NCBI GenBank assembly: GCA_002269645.1
Contig: NIVC01000551.1
Location: 1 to 64,000 of the forward strand
Source: Macrostomum lignano
Lineage: Eukaryota
Length of the DNA: 64,000 nt
Reading direction: 5' to 3'
Shown: piece after piece, positions 11,851 to 22,987 of the stretch
Layout of the letters: the number at the start of each line of letters is the position of its first letter
Position numbering within the stretch: the first letter of the stretch is position 1
The notes under the pieces: model-generated
Databases searched by the model: none
Told to the model about the DNA's origin: nothing
The model's input: only the letters and a program-made list of their open reading frames with translations
Translations under genes and position numbers: made by a program

Positions 11851-12969
11851 AGGCCTCAAATCTTAGTTTAACATGCATTTACTCCCATCTTTGCCTTTTT
11901 CCTAACTGTTAACAAGTTTTTGTTTGAGCATGACTTCAAATTTAGAATCTATGCAAAAATAGTTCCGGGAATTAGAATTCAGTGGTTTAAAAATCTGTGG
12001 GTTTTCACAGCTTGTATCTCTACTGGATTCGTATTCTGCATCTGATGAGCCATCTGAATCAGGGCTCTCATCTTCTATGCCAAATTGTCTAGCAAATCGT
12101 TCTTGAGCTATAGGTCACACTGTATTCACTTCACTTACTTCTGGACATTCATGAATCATGACTTTTGTAGTATGCTCACTACACTGTACTGACAATTTAC
12201 TAATTGCTTCATGCCGCCACTAGATGACATACTGATTAGCTATTATAAAAACGCAGAATCTGCACACAGCACTAATTAGCTGGCGAGGCATTTAGCTTTA
12301 AAAATATGGTCATAGTTACTCTTGCCGTTTACCTAAAGTTTTTGCTTGGCTCTTTCATAGGTAAGTTGCATTTTTTATCAAAAACTAAGTCGCACGGCCA
12401 GCATAATTTCAGAAGTTGCGCATGTATATGCGGGCCACATTAACATTAAGGAATATCAAAGGGAAACCGGCCAGATAAGGAAGCCTTGCAGGCCAGATTT
12501 GGCCCGCGGGCCAGAGTTTGCCAACCCTTGAACTAGATAGTAGATTTCAAACCTTAAAAAATCCAATTAGTTACTACACTTTGGATCATATAATATATAC
12601 CCAAAAATTTAGGAATGCATTGGCCTTGTATACCAAAAGTAGGCACACACAGTTGGCATGCATAGGCTTAACTCCTTAGAAAATTGTTGGGCATTTCATG
12701 CGTGTATGGCTAGCATGCAACCTATAAAATCATATAGAAGTTTATTAAATGGAAAAAGATGAAAAAATTTCATTTTTAAGCATATAGTTAAAACTTTCTA
12801 GGTTTTTAAAGCTTATAATAAGGCATCTGAACAAATCTGATGTATATATTGATTTTTTGCTCTAAATAGTATTTTAGTGAAAATCAAAAAATCAACTAAA
12901 TCATTAGCTAAAAAAGTCATTAAAGCAACTCAAAAAAGTCATTTATTGTTGTAATGGAAAAAGGGTTGG

Positions 12970-13392
12970 CAATGTTGCAGTTTGTTTTGCATACTTTTTT
13001 TACTTTTGAATATGTGCCGACGTCATGAACAATCAAACAAATGAACATTAATAGAATTATAACATTGTTCCTTAGTCACTGAATCCTTAAGTCACTCAAA
13101 ACAAGTCTCACAACTCAAATCGGGGATAGTAATGGGCAATCCAATACAGCACTGCACCAAAGACATTGGTAAAGTACATGCGACACCAGAGGAACTCTTT
13201 GAAATGAGTCACATCATACATGTAGGCCTAGCACAAAGGGAATGTGCCATCCATCAGATTTGAAATATTGCAATTTTGAAATAACTTGCAAAATTTTGTA
13301 TATCTTAAGCAATTCTAGGTTGGGAAATCTTGAGCAGTATAAAAGATTATAAAAGAGTGTAAAAATAATTACGCAAAACAAACTGCAACATT
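12970..13392. mobile_element. Possible old MITE
   Basis: Perfect 21-bp inverted repeat CAATGTTGCAGTTTGTTTTGC / GCAAAACAAACTGCAACATTG about 400 bp apart; no TSD seen. Confidence 0.4.
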
Positions 13393-15698
13393 GTTAAAAG
13401 GTCATTTATAGGCTTAGTTGCAACACTTTTTGGCATGCATTAGCAATTAATCCATTTTTTCACTTTTTGTTTAGGTGTGCACCAAGCAAGCATGATCTAG
13501 AATTCTAGATTATGGCTTAGGCCTTAGTTGCTAACCTAATACTTAAAAATTATACTAATTTAACTTGTTGAAATGAACTAACTAGATCTAACCAAAAGCA
13601 GTAGGCCCCTATAAAATAAGAAAATATACTACTCTAGATTCAATTCTAAAAATAGAAATCAGACATTAAAAGTAAAACATTAAAAATTGATAGTTAAATA
13701 ATTACAGTTAATGAATATTTTGCTTTGTGAAGTGATGGCTCAAAAAAAGACATGGTTTAAATTAAATGTGAAGGATCGTGAATGATAGGCCTTTACTATA
13801 TGGTCATAGATAAAATTTATTGATTTAGCTTTATATACATGTAGGCTTACTGACACTGTAAAGTGTCACTTATTAAAGATAAAATGTCTTTAAAAAAACT
13901 AATCATGTCCACAATCTTCAAAACTAGGCCTAATCATGCCAAAACAGAATTGAAATAGGTAATTAGCTGTCAACTAGGCTCTAGGCATGTAGGAGTAGTG
14001 CACTACCTCATCCAGAAACTGCATTTGAGCTGTTTGAGCACGCGTCCACTGGATCCGCACGATCTTTTCGATTTCACAGCCGACTTTTAAAAATTAGTTT
14101 ATTACACCACAGTGATTTTAACAAACTTTTATGCATTCAAAAAGTTTAAAGTTATTTAAAGCTAGTTAATTCGACAGTCTTCTCTTTAGCTCCAAAATTT
14201 AGCAAATAATGACAAGGAGGTATTTTTCTAAAAATAAATTAAGCCTTTCAAAAGTTGACAGTATAGAGAGAGCCTAGATAATTTTGATATCTAAGCATTT
14301 GCATTTTTATTATTATTGTGAAGGAATTACTAATTCATACTCTTTTTAAACTACTCATACGCAAAGCATGAAACATCTTACGATCGCATAATTTTTTGCA
14401 TTACGAGTTACGAGCATACGGCATTTGTGAGGCCGGCCTTCATATAACTTAACCTAATTTTTTCTAAAAAGCATTTTGATCAAACAAGTATTCATAAACC
14501 TGCATATGGACATACAAAGCTACTTGTAAATTTTTAATTGGCAGTTGGAGCCGCTAGGGGCGCATAAAAAGAAGTTTAAAATTGTCAAAAAGCGGCTGCT
14601 GTTTTTATGCGCATGACATTAAATTACGTCTGTTCCGTGGGCTTCATGTAAACGGTACACTAAATGTACGCGCGGCGTACACTTCGATCATCATGATCAT
14701 CTAAGTGACCCACCAACGCATGCGGCACCCCGTACGAAATTCCTACCTCTGCATGCTGATGGTTAGTGACGTGTCTGACAACCAAAAACTTATTATAGCA
14801 AATCGGCGGTTTTGTATTACGGTGATACATGTTAATTTACTATTACATGCCCTGTAAAAAGGTGTACATGTACATGTTCAACTGTGTACCACGCGTAACT
14901 GCAGTACGTATGTGGTCAAAAAATTTCCCGCGCATGTACCTGTTATTAATTAATGATGCAGATGAAAGATATAAGCGTTATCTACGTGCAATGCTTTAAT
15001 TGTACTGTATGCACTCGTATATACATGTAGTTTTGATAATTATTCCTTAATTCTCACTCTATATATCTTCCTCATGCAGTAGTTTTGCTCTTGCACTTAC
15101 AGAACATAATAAGTTAAAATAAAACTTCCGCTTTTCCCTTATCCAGCTTGAAGCAAGAAAATTGCACAACTCGGCGTCGATGATTGACAGGTGTATAAAC
15201 AAGCTTTAGTTGTGGCAATAATCAAATCTCGATCATATTTCGCCTGGTTACAATAAACAGCGTAGCCCAGTGGCAGTATTTTCAACAAGGCAGTTTTTTC
15301 AATCCTTAAGCACAGATAAGCACGAAATCGGACAGCGCACTCACAGGGTCGAGCTGTGAGGATTAACAGAACTGGAGATAATTAACTCGATGAAACTGGA
15401 TCGTGGAAAAATGGAAATGCTTTGCTGCGGGTTTGCTGCTTTCCATCGTTGTGCGCAATACGCGGTTCTGCCTGTGCTGATTTGAAGCTTAACTCCAGGC
15501 ATTCAATTGAATTTTCTAGCCAATGGATTGTTTTCCAAAACCAACCTGCTGTAAAGTAAATGTACTTTATTGAAAATATTGAATCAACAATGCTTGGAAA
15601 TTTTTAAACTTTCAGTGGGTATAAGAAAGCTCATAGTACACTAACTGACGATGCGTAGGGCAATGCCGCTGGATGCATGTGCATGTCCATGTGTGTGT

Positions 15699-15940
<242 letters not shown>

Positions 15941-17659
15941 CTCACTCAAGCAAAATGGTTCTCCGCAAAGACGCGGCCTTCCTCAAGGAATAATCCTTCT
16001 AGCCATACCTGGCAGACTCAGCTCGAAAGCCAATATGATCATGTTATGTACACAAGCTTATTGATAGCTTAGCCATAAGCTCGCCGCATCAAACTAAAAC
16101 TCATAACCTACACAGCTTCGCGATTTCCACAAAGTCAACTCAGACTTTACGAGAGAACAAACAAATATTTGTCGCAGAGCACATTCTTTCCGCCTGATTA
16201 GTGATCCGGCTGCCTTTAATCGTATCAAGCTCTGCCGGGTGTAAGTCGTGTTTATTCGTGTATATTTCATTTTCTCATTTATTTGCTAATCAGGGGTTTT
16301 GGTGATCATGAAGTTTGGGGGATTGCTGCAAAGAGGTTCAAATGGTCAGTTGTTTTTTAAGATTAAAAAACTTTGTTTTATAATTTACAGAAGTTTAATT
16401 TTTTTCAATTCGCGTTTGCTTATCGATTATAACAAAACTGTGTAAAATTTCGAAATCTAAATTTTCGATGGTCGAAGGTTTTTGCTCAGTACAAGTATAG
16501 CTAACTCAAAAACAATGTTTGGTAAGTTCGCATCGACGATAGGAATTGTTTTTGTCGATGTTTGTCTACGACGCGTCAAACTCTCTAGTAGGAAATTGGC
16601 AACCTTTGACAAGGGGCCTTGAAATCGGTTTCGACAGGGCACGAAAAGGTAGCTCGATCGTTGACATGTGAATTTTAGATAAACGGGAAGCCAAACTTCC
16701 GTGAGAATTTTACAAGCAGGAATTGACAGATTCTCTTTCAATACGTGAACAAGTGCCGTACCACTACCCCTGTTGCAATTCCATTCAGCGAATTTACAAT
16801 TTCAGCTGCTGGTTTCTTGCTAAAATGAACCGTGGTTGCATGAATGTAATCCTTTTATGCTTAGTCCTTCTAACGAATTTGTTGGTATAGATCCGACAGA
16901 AGTAAAGACGTGTCATTTCGAGGTGTGTGTGACGTATAATGTGGCGGCCTCGAGAATGATCGGCGAAGGCAAATAAATACGGCAGAGGCAATTTTGTAGC
17001 GGTAGCACTTGGCAATAATATCGGCTAATGCGATCAATGGCCGCAGACTTTATTTATAGTTACGTTGTTATTGTCAACAGAGACAGGTCAAAGTACTAGT
17101 TGGATTCGTAACGATGCACTGGCGGCTACACAACAATGAGTTAGATAGTAGAAGGCAGTGTGGTTCGATGAGTTGAGGCAGTGGCGACGAGGTGATGGCG
17201 GTGAACGTACGGTGGCGGTGCTCGTAGTGAGAGCTCGAACAGACAGTAGGAGTGGCGTGACTGAGAGTGGCAGAGGCGTGGCCTAGGGCCGTGGCGTAGT
17301 GAGGCAGGAAGAGGGCAACCAAACAAGAGTGCCGGGCGGCAAGGGTCTACAGGCAGGGACGCAAAGCCAGGATCCGAGAAGGTTAGCCCCGAGCGCACGG
17401 CCAGACAAAACTGATGAGGAGCGGGCTGGGGGTGGGTGCGCGAGGAGAACTTAGTATAATTAATGCGCGGCTTTTCTATTGGCCGGCTGGGAAAAACAGA
17501 AAACAGAATTATCGATCGCGCTGTACGTAGGCTTTACAAATGTACGCAGACTGATTAAAATTCTTTGGGCACTACTTTAAGCAGACGTGAGAGTACAAAA
17601 CCAACAATATTATAGATTCGTACCGTATGTCAAAACGGCCCTTGGCGGGGCTACTTAAA

Positions 17660-17850
17660 CTGACAACGTCACATGTGGATGAGGTTTCATTTCGGAATGG
17701 GGATAACGCTTCATTTCGGGGATGTGGATGACGCGTCATTTCGAGGATGTGGATGCCGTGTCATTTCTCGATTGTGGATAAATTGTCATTTCTAGGTTGT
17801 GGATGTACTATTTCGAGGATGTGGAAGACGTTTCATTTCGAGGATGTAAT
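17660..17850. repeat. Degenerate ~25-bp tandem repeat
   Basis: GTGGATGACGCGTCATTTCGAGGAT-like units. Confidence 0.7.
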
Positions 17851-19237
17851 TGCTGTTTTGAGAATGTGATTTTTAATCAACCCAGAACGAGCGATCATGC
17901 AGGAGCGTTAATAATCTCCTGGTCTAACAGAGTGAGATTTCTAACGAGTATTTCGTGACAGTGGATCAAGGACCACTGAAGTGTTTCCACATTTTGCCAA
18001 TAATTTTACAAAATAGGTGTCAGCTGCTGATTGTAGAAAATTCTGTTTAAGTTCGTGATTTAAAAGGGCGTGTGATGATTGCCTAAAAAAGACTGCAAAA
18101 GGTCGCCAGACAGACGAAGGAACGAAGTAATCCTAAATCGGTATTAAGCCTCTGTAGCCTCAAGCTCAGACTAAATCAAATTCTAGAAGAACAGCTCTAA
18201 AAGTCTTCTGGGATTTACCCAGTCTAATCAAGCCCAAGACTTATTGTTCAAGGACACACAGGCTCTGAGGCAGTGCAAGTGCAAGCTAGCTGGGAATTAT
18301 TGAGGACCCACTGCTGCTGTCTCAGGGCTCAACCTTTTATCACTTTGTAAAGCATTTGATAAGTGGCCATTTGGTTCCTCGTATTAGGCTGCTGGTGCTG
18401 CCTACGACATGAAGAATATATTTAATAAAAGAATTCGATGCAAGGATTTCGCTCTGGTGTCCCATTACTGATAAGCAGAACTCACCCTCTGAATCTCCGG
18501 CACGATCCAGCGTAGCTATAGAACACTTCCTTGAAGCATTTTTCTTCTCTTGGCCTCACTGACCGGCAGTCGGAAGAGAGTGGAAGGTCAGACAGCAGCC
18601 ATCGCTTCAAGGAACGGAAAGAAGACCAATCTTTCCTGCGGGGAGAATAAGGGCAGGGGCATTGGGACAATTCAGATGCCGGCCCTTAATAATCGATCAT
18701 AATAAATTTGGTGCGCCCTCGCTTATCTCAATTCCAGCTGTTGTGTGCAAGCGAGTGCAGCCAGGCGTGCAATGAGATTATTTTTTTGAGTCAGGAACAG
18801 CCAAGTGCACAGAGGTCAGCCGCCGCGGCCATTGATTAATAACAGTAGTTTCTAAAGTATTCGGGATAAAAACTGTCTGTTATTATTTGAACTCTGATAC
18901 ATGTAAGCAAGTTAAAAAATAATAAACTATAGTACATTGGATAGCCGTTTTCTTGAAGTTAAAACTAGACAATTTGTTTTATTAGTGGTCGATACGCTGT
19001 TTTTCTGGAAAAAAGTCGGTAACTATTCAGCAAATACGCCCACACTGAGTTGTTCATTCGCTGTCCATCGGCGGTTCTCATTGGTTTGGCCAGGCCTCAG
19101 AAGATTTCCAGATTGGCACAGGAGGGAGCTGCAAAATTAGCAGATAACATGGAAGGATGATAGATAAAGCTCATCGCCCGAGCTGACTGGCACAGAAACT
19201 GTAAGCCATCAAACTATATAGCCGTCTTAGCACAGAA

Positions 19238-20545
19238 ATGGCCTGCTTCAACGCCTCCTTGGAGAGCTTAAAACGCCTTAGCGATGGAAGATTGTTTTCA
19301 AAACTTTTCGTCTGCACCATTATGAGTTTGGTAACCATAGCAACAATTACCGGCAATATTCTCGTAATAGCGTCGGTTATTAACTTTCGTCGTCTCCGAT
19401 CGCGAATCTGTTTTCACCTGCTGGCTTCGTTGGCTTCTGCCGACATCGCCATAGCCATTCTGGTGATGCCCTACTCCACCCTTTACCACATGCTCGGCTG
19501 CTGGCCCTTGGGCGACGCATTCTGCAAGTTCTACCTGTCCTCCGACATCATGTGCTGCACCTCTAGCATCCTTCATCTGTGCCTCATCAGTCTAGACAGA
19601 TACATCGCTGTCACCAACCCGTTGCACTACAAAGCTCTCGTTCGACCGCGCCGAATCTGGACAATGGTGGCAGCCGTTTGGATCATCAGCGTCGGCCTGA
19701 GCTTCGGTCCCGTCTTTTCCGGCTCGTTCGGCCTCACCCTGCCGGACCGAAATGCCACGGTAGCTGCGTCCACCACCGCCCAGGCCTCATGCCGCATGGA
19801 TGTCAATCAAGTCTACGCGGTGGTCTCCGCTCTGACGTCATTCTTCCTGCCCCTCGTGGTGATGACCATCGCCTACGTTCGAGTCCACCGGATCGCCACT
19901 GCGCACACGGAGAGCGTTCGACGCCGTAAAGCGATCGCGTCGCTGTCCAGATCGAGCGGCGACCAGTCGGCCACTGGCGGCGTCAGGAGCCTCGTGCCGC
20001 AGAGCCTGCGAATGAGCAACAGCGAGACCAAGGCCACGAAGACTCTGGGCCTCATCCTTGGCTGTTTCTACGCCTGCTGGCTGCCGTTTTTCCTGCTCTA
20101 CGTGGCCTGCCCGTTCGTTAGCGACAGGTGCGCGTCTCTGCCCACCTGGCTGATGCCCCTAGTGACGTGGATTGGCTACGCGAACTCCGGCGTCAATCCG
20201 GTGGTTTACTGCTCAAATCAGCGCGAGTTCCGCCTGGCCTACCTGCGCCTGCTCGGCTGCCGGAAGGAATCCGACCTGCAGTATCTGCGATCCGAGCGCA
20301 ACACCATCAGCCTGTGCCGTCGGGCCAACGACTACCAGCTTAGCAGCCAGCTTAGCAACAATGTCCAAGCGAGAATTGAGCGAGTTGTAAACCCGAGAGC
20401 AGGTGAAAATTGCTTAGGCCTGAGCGATGGCCGTAGTCTAGGCGACATGCCGCTAACAGATATTGTTTGCAACGATCCGGAAGTTGAAATGTCTCAATCT
20501 GAGCAATCGTCGTCTGTGCATCAGTTTAAAGACGGAGAAGTTTAG
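19238..20545 (+). CDS. Intronless class A biogenic-amine GPCR (dopamine D1-like / octopamine-beta-like)
   Basis: 435-aa ORF with seven TMs: GNILVI, LASADIAIAILVMP, TM3 SDIMCCTSS (amine-binding Asp), SLDRY, TM5 SALTSFFLP, TM6 CWLPFF, TM7 NSGVNP(VVY). Short ICL3 ending ETKATKTL. Confidence 0.93.
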   Translation: MACFNASLESLKRLSDGRLFSKLFVCTIMSLVTIATITGNILVIASVINFRRLRSRICFHLLASLASADIAIAILVMPYSTLYHMLGCWPLGDAFCKFYLSSDIMCCTSSILHLCLISLDRYIAVTNPLHYKALVRPRRIWTMVAAVWIISVGLSFGPVFSGSFGLTLPDRNATVAASTTAQASCRMDVNQVYAVVSALTSFFLPLVVMTIAYVRVHRIATAHTESVRRRKAIASLSRSSGDQSATGGVRSLVPQSLRMSNSETKATKTLGLILGCFYACWLPFFLLYVACPFVSDRCASLPTWLMPLVTWIGYANSGVNPVVYCSNQREFRLAYLRLLGCRKESDLQYLRSERNTISLCRRANDYQLSSQLSNNVQARIERVVNPRAGENCLGLSDGRSLGDMPLTDIVCNDPEVEMSQSEQSSSVHQFKDGEV

Positions 20546-20793
20546 TGCAAACTATAAAAGGCAATAAAAATACGTATGTTTCTACTTGTTGAGATAGACT
20601 AACTATCAATATAAATAAATGGTTGAGGCAAATAAACAATCGCTTTGAATTCGATGCCAGTGCATTTTTGAATATTTTTTTTGCAAAATTGGAGCATAAA
20701 TTCTGTTATATAAAGTAGCTCTAAATGAAATACGAGCGTATTGGAGCTGAAAAATATTTAAATGAAAGTTATGCATATAATTGTTTATTTCTC

Positions 20794-22987
20794 GGGTAAA
20801 TTACCGGTTCTACATTAGTTAAATCACCGGTTCTCCATTGAGCAAATCACCGGTTCCCCATTGGGTAAATCACCGGTTCTCCATTGGGTAAATCACCGGT
20901 TCTCCATTGAGTAAATCACCGGTTCTCCATTGGGCAAATCACCGGTTCTCCATTAGGCAAATCACCGGTTCTCCATGAGTAAATCACCGGTTCTCCATTA
21001 GGCAAATCACCGGTTCTCCATTGGGTAAATCACCGGTTCTCCATTAGGCAAATCACCGGTTCTCCATTGGGTAAATCACCGGTTCTCCATTAGGCAAATC
21101 ACCGGTTCTCCATTGGGTAAATCACCGGTTCTCCATTGGGCAAATCACCGGTTCTCCATTAGGCAAATCACCGGTTCTCCATGAGTAAATCACCGGTTCT
21201 CCATTAGGCAAATCACCGGTTCTCCATTGAGTAAATCACCGGTTCTCCATTGGGTAAATCACCGGTTCTCCATTGAGTAAATCACCGGTTCTCCATTGGG
21301 CAAATCACCGGTTCTCCATTAGGCAAATCACCGGTTCTCCATGAGTAAATCACCGGTTCTCCATTAGGCAAATCACCGGTTCTCCATTGGGTAAATCACC
21401 GGTTCTCCATTAGGCAAATCACCGGTTCTCCATTTAGCAAATCACCGGTTCTCCATTAGGCAAATCACCGGTTCTCCATTGGGTAAATCACCGGTTCTCC
21501 ATTAGGCAAATCACCGGTTCTCCATTGGGCAAATCACCGGTTCTCCATTGGGTAAATCACCGGTTCTCCATTAGGCAAATCACCGGTTCTCCATTGGGTA
21601 AATCACCGGTTCTCCATTAGGTAAATCACCGGTTCTCCATTAGGCAAATCACCGGTTCTCCATTTAGCAAATCACCGGTTCTCCATTAGGCAAATCACCG
21701 GTTCTCCATTGGGTAAATCACCGGTTCTCCATTAGGCAAATCACCGGTTCTCCATTTAGCAAATCACCGGTTCTCCATTGGGTAAATCACCGGTTCTCCA
21801 TTAGGCAAATCACCGGTTCTCCATTGGGTAAATCACCGGTTCTCCATTGAGTAAATCACCGGTTCTCCATTGGGCAAATCACCGGTTCTCCATTAGGCAA
21901 ATCACCGGTTCTCCATTGGGTAAATCACCGGTTCTCCATTAGGTAAATCACCGGTTCTCCATTAGGCAAATCACCGGTTCTCCATTTAGCAAATCACCGG
22001 TTCTCCATTAGGCAAATCACCGGTTCTCCATTGGGTAAATCACCGGTTCTCCATTAGGCAAATCACCGGTTCTCCATTTAGCAAATCACCGGTTCTCCAT
22101 TGGGTAAATCACCGGTTCTCCATTAGGCAAATCACCGGTTCTCCATTGGGTAAATCACCGGTTCTCCATTGAGCAAATCACCGGTTCTCCATTGAGTAAA
22201 TCACCGGTTCTCCATTGGGCAAATCACCGGTTCTCCATTAGGCAAATCACCGGTTCTCCATGAGTAAATCACCGGTTCTCCATTAGGCAAATCACCGGTT
22301 CTCCATTGGGTAAATCACCGGTTCTCCATTAGGCAAATCACCGGTTCTCCATTGGGTAAATCACCGGTTCTCCATTAGGCAAATCACCGGTTCTCCATTT
22401 AGCAAATCACCGGTTCTCCATTAGGCAAATCACCGGTTCTCCATTGGGTAAATCACCGGTTCTCCATTAGGCAAATCACCGGTTCTCCATTTAGCAAATC
22501 ACCGGTTCTCCATTGGGTAAATCACCGGTTCTCCATTAGGCAAATCACCGGTTCTCCATTTAGCAAATCACCGGTTCTCCATTGGGTAAATCACCGGTTC
22601 TCCATTAGGCAAATCACCGGTTCTCCATGAGTAAATCACCGGTTCTCCATTGAGTAAATCACCGGTTCTCCATTGGGCAAATCACCGGTTCTCCATGAGT
22701 AAATCACCGGTTCTCCATTGGGTAAATCACCGGTTCTCCATTGAGTAAAACACCGGTTCTCCATTGGGCAAATCACCGGTTCTCCATTTAGCAAATCACC
22801 GGTTCTCCATTAGGCAAATCACCGGTTCTCCATTGGGCAAATCACCGGTTCTCCATTGGGTAAATCACCGGTTCTCCATTGAGCAAATCACCGGTTCTCC
22901 ATTGGGCAAATCACCGGTTCTCCATTGAGTAAATCACCGGTTCTTCATGGGGTAAATCACCGGTTCTCCATTGGGTAAATCACCGGT
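20794..22987. repeat. 23-bp variant-repeat minisatellite, ~95 copies
   Basis: Near-invariant AAATCACCGGTTCTCCAT plus a variable 4-5 nt (TGGGT, TAGGC, TGAGT, TGGGC, TTAGC, GAGT). Confidence 0.97.

Larger units (their letters stand above)
5975..12530 (-). mobile_element. hAT DNA transposon (Charlie/Buster-like), full extent with nested insertions
   Basis: TIRs CAGGGTTGGCAAACT (5975) and AGTTTGCCAACCCTTG (ending 12530); identical 8-bp TSD AACTAGAT at 5967-5974 and 12531-12538; contains hAT transposase remnants. Confidence 0.95.

Noticed and set aside
16005-16015. ATACCTGGCAG resembling the U1 snRNA 5' end
   Set aside because: Only 11 nt; the rest of U1 is absent.
16613-16640. GGGGCCTTGAAATCGGTTTCGACAGGG resembles a tmRNA 5' end
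   Set aside because: Spacing is off, no matching T-arm/CCA 3' end or tag ORF was found, and the DNA is eukaryotic.
17410-17500. CTGATGAG hammerhead core
   Set aside because: No stem II or GAAA in register. The same applies to cores at ~12042 and ~23423.
20794-22987. CRISPR-like array (constant repeat plus variable part)
   Set aside because: The variable parts are only 4-5 nt, drawn from about six recurring variants; no cas genes; eukaryotic context.
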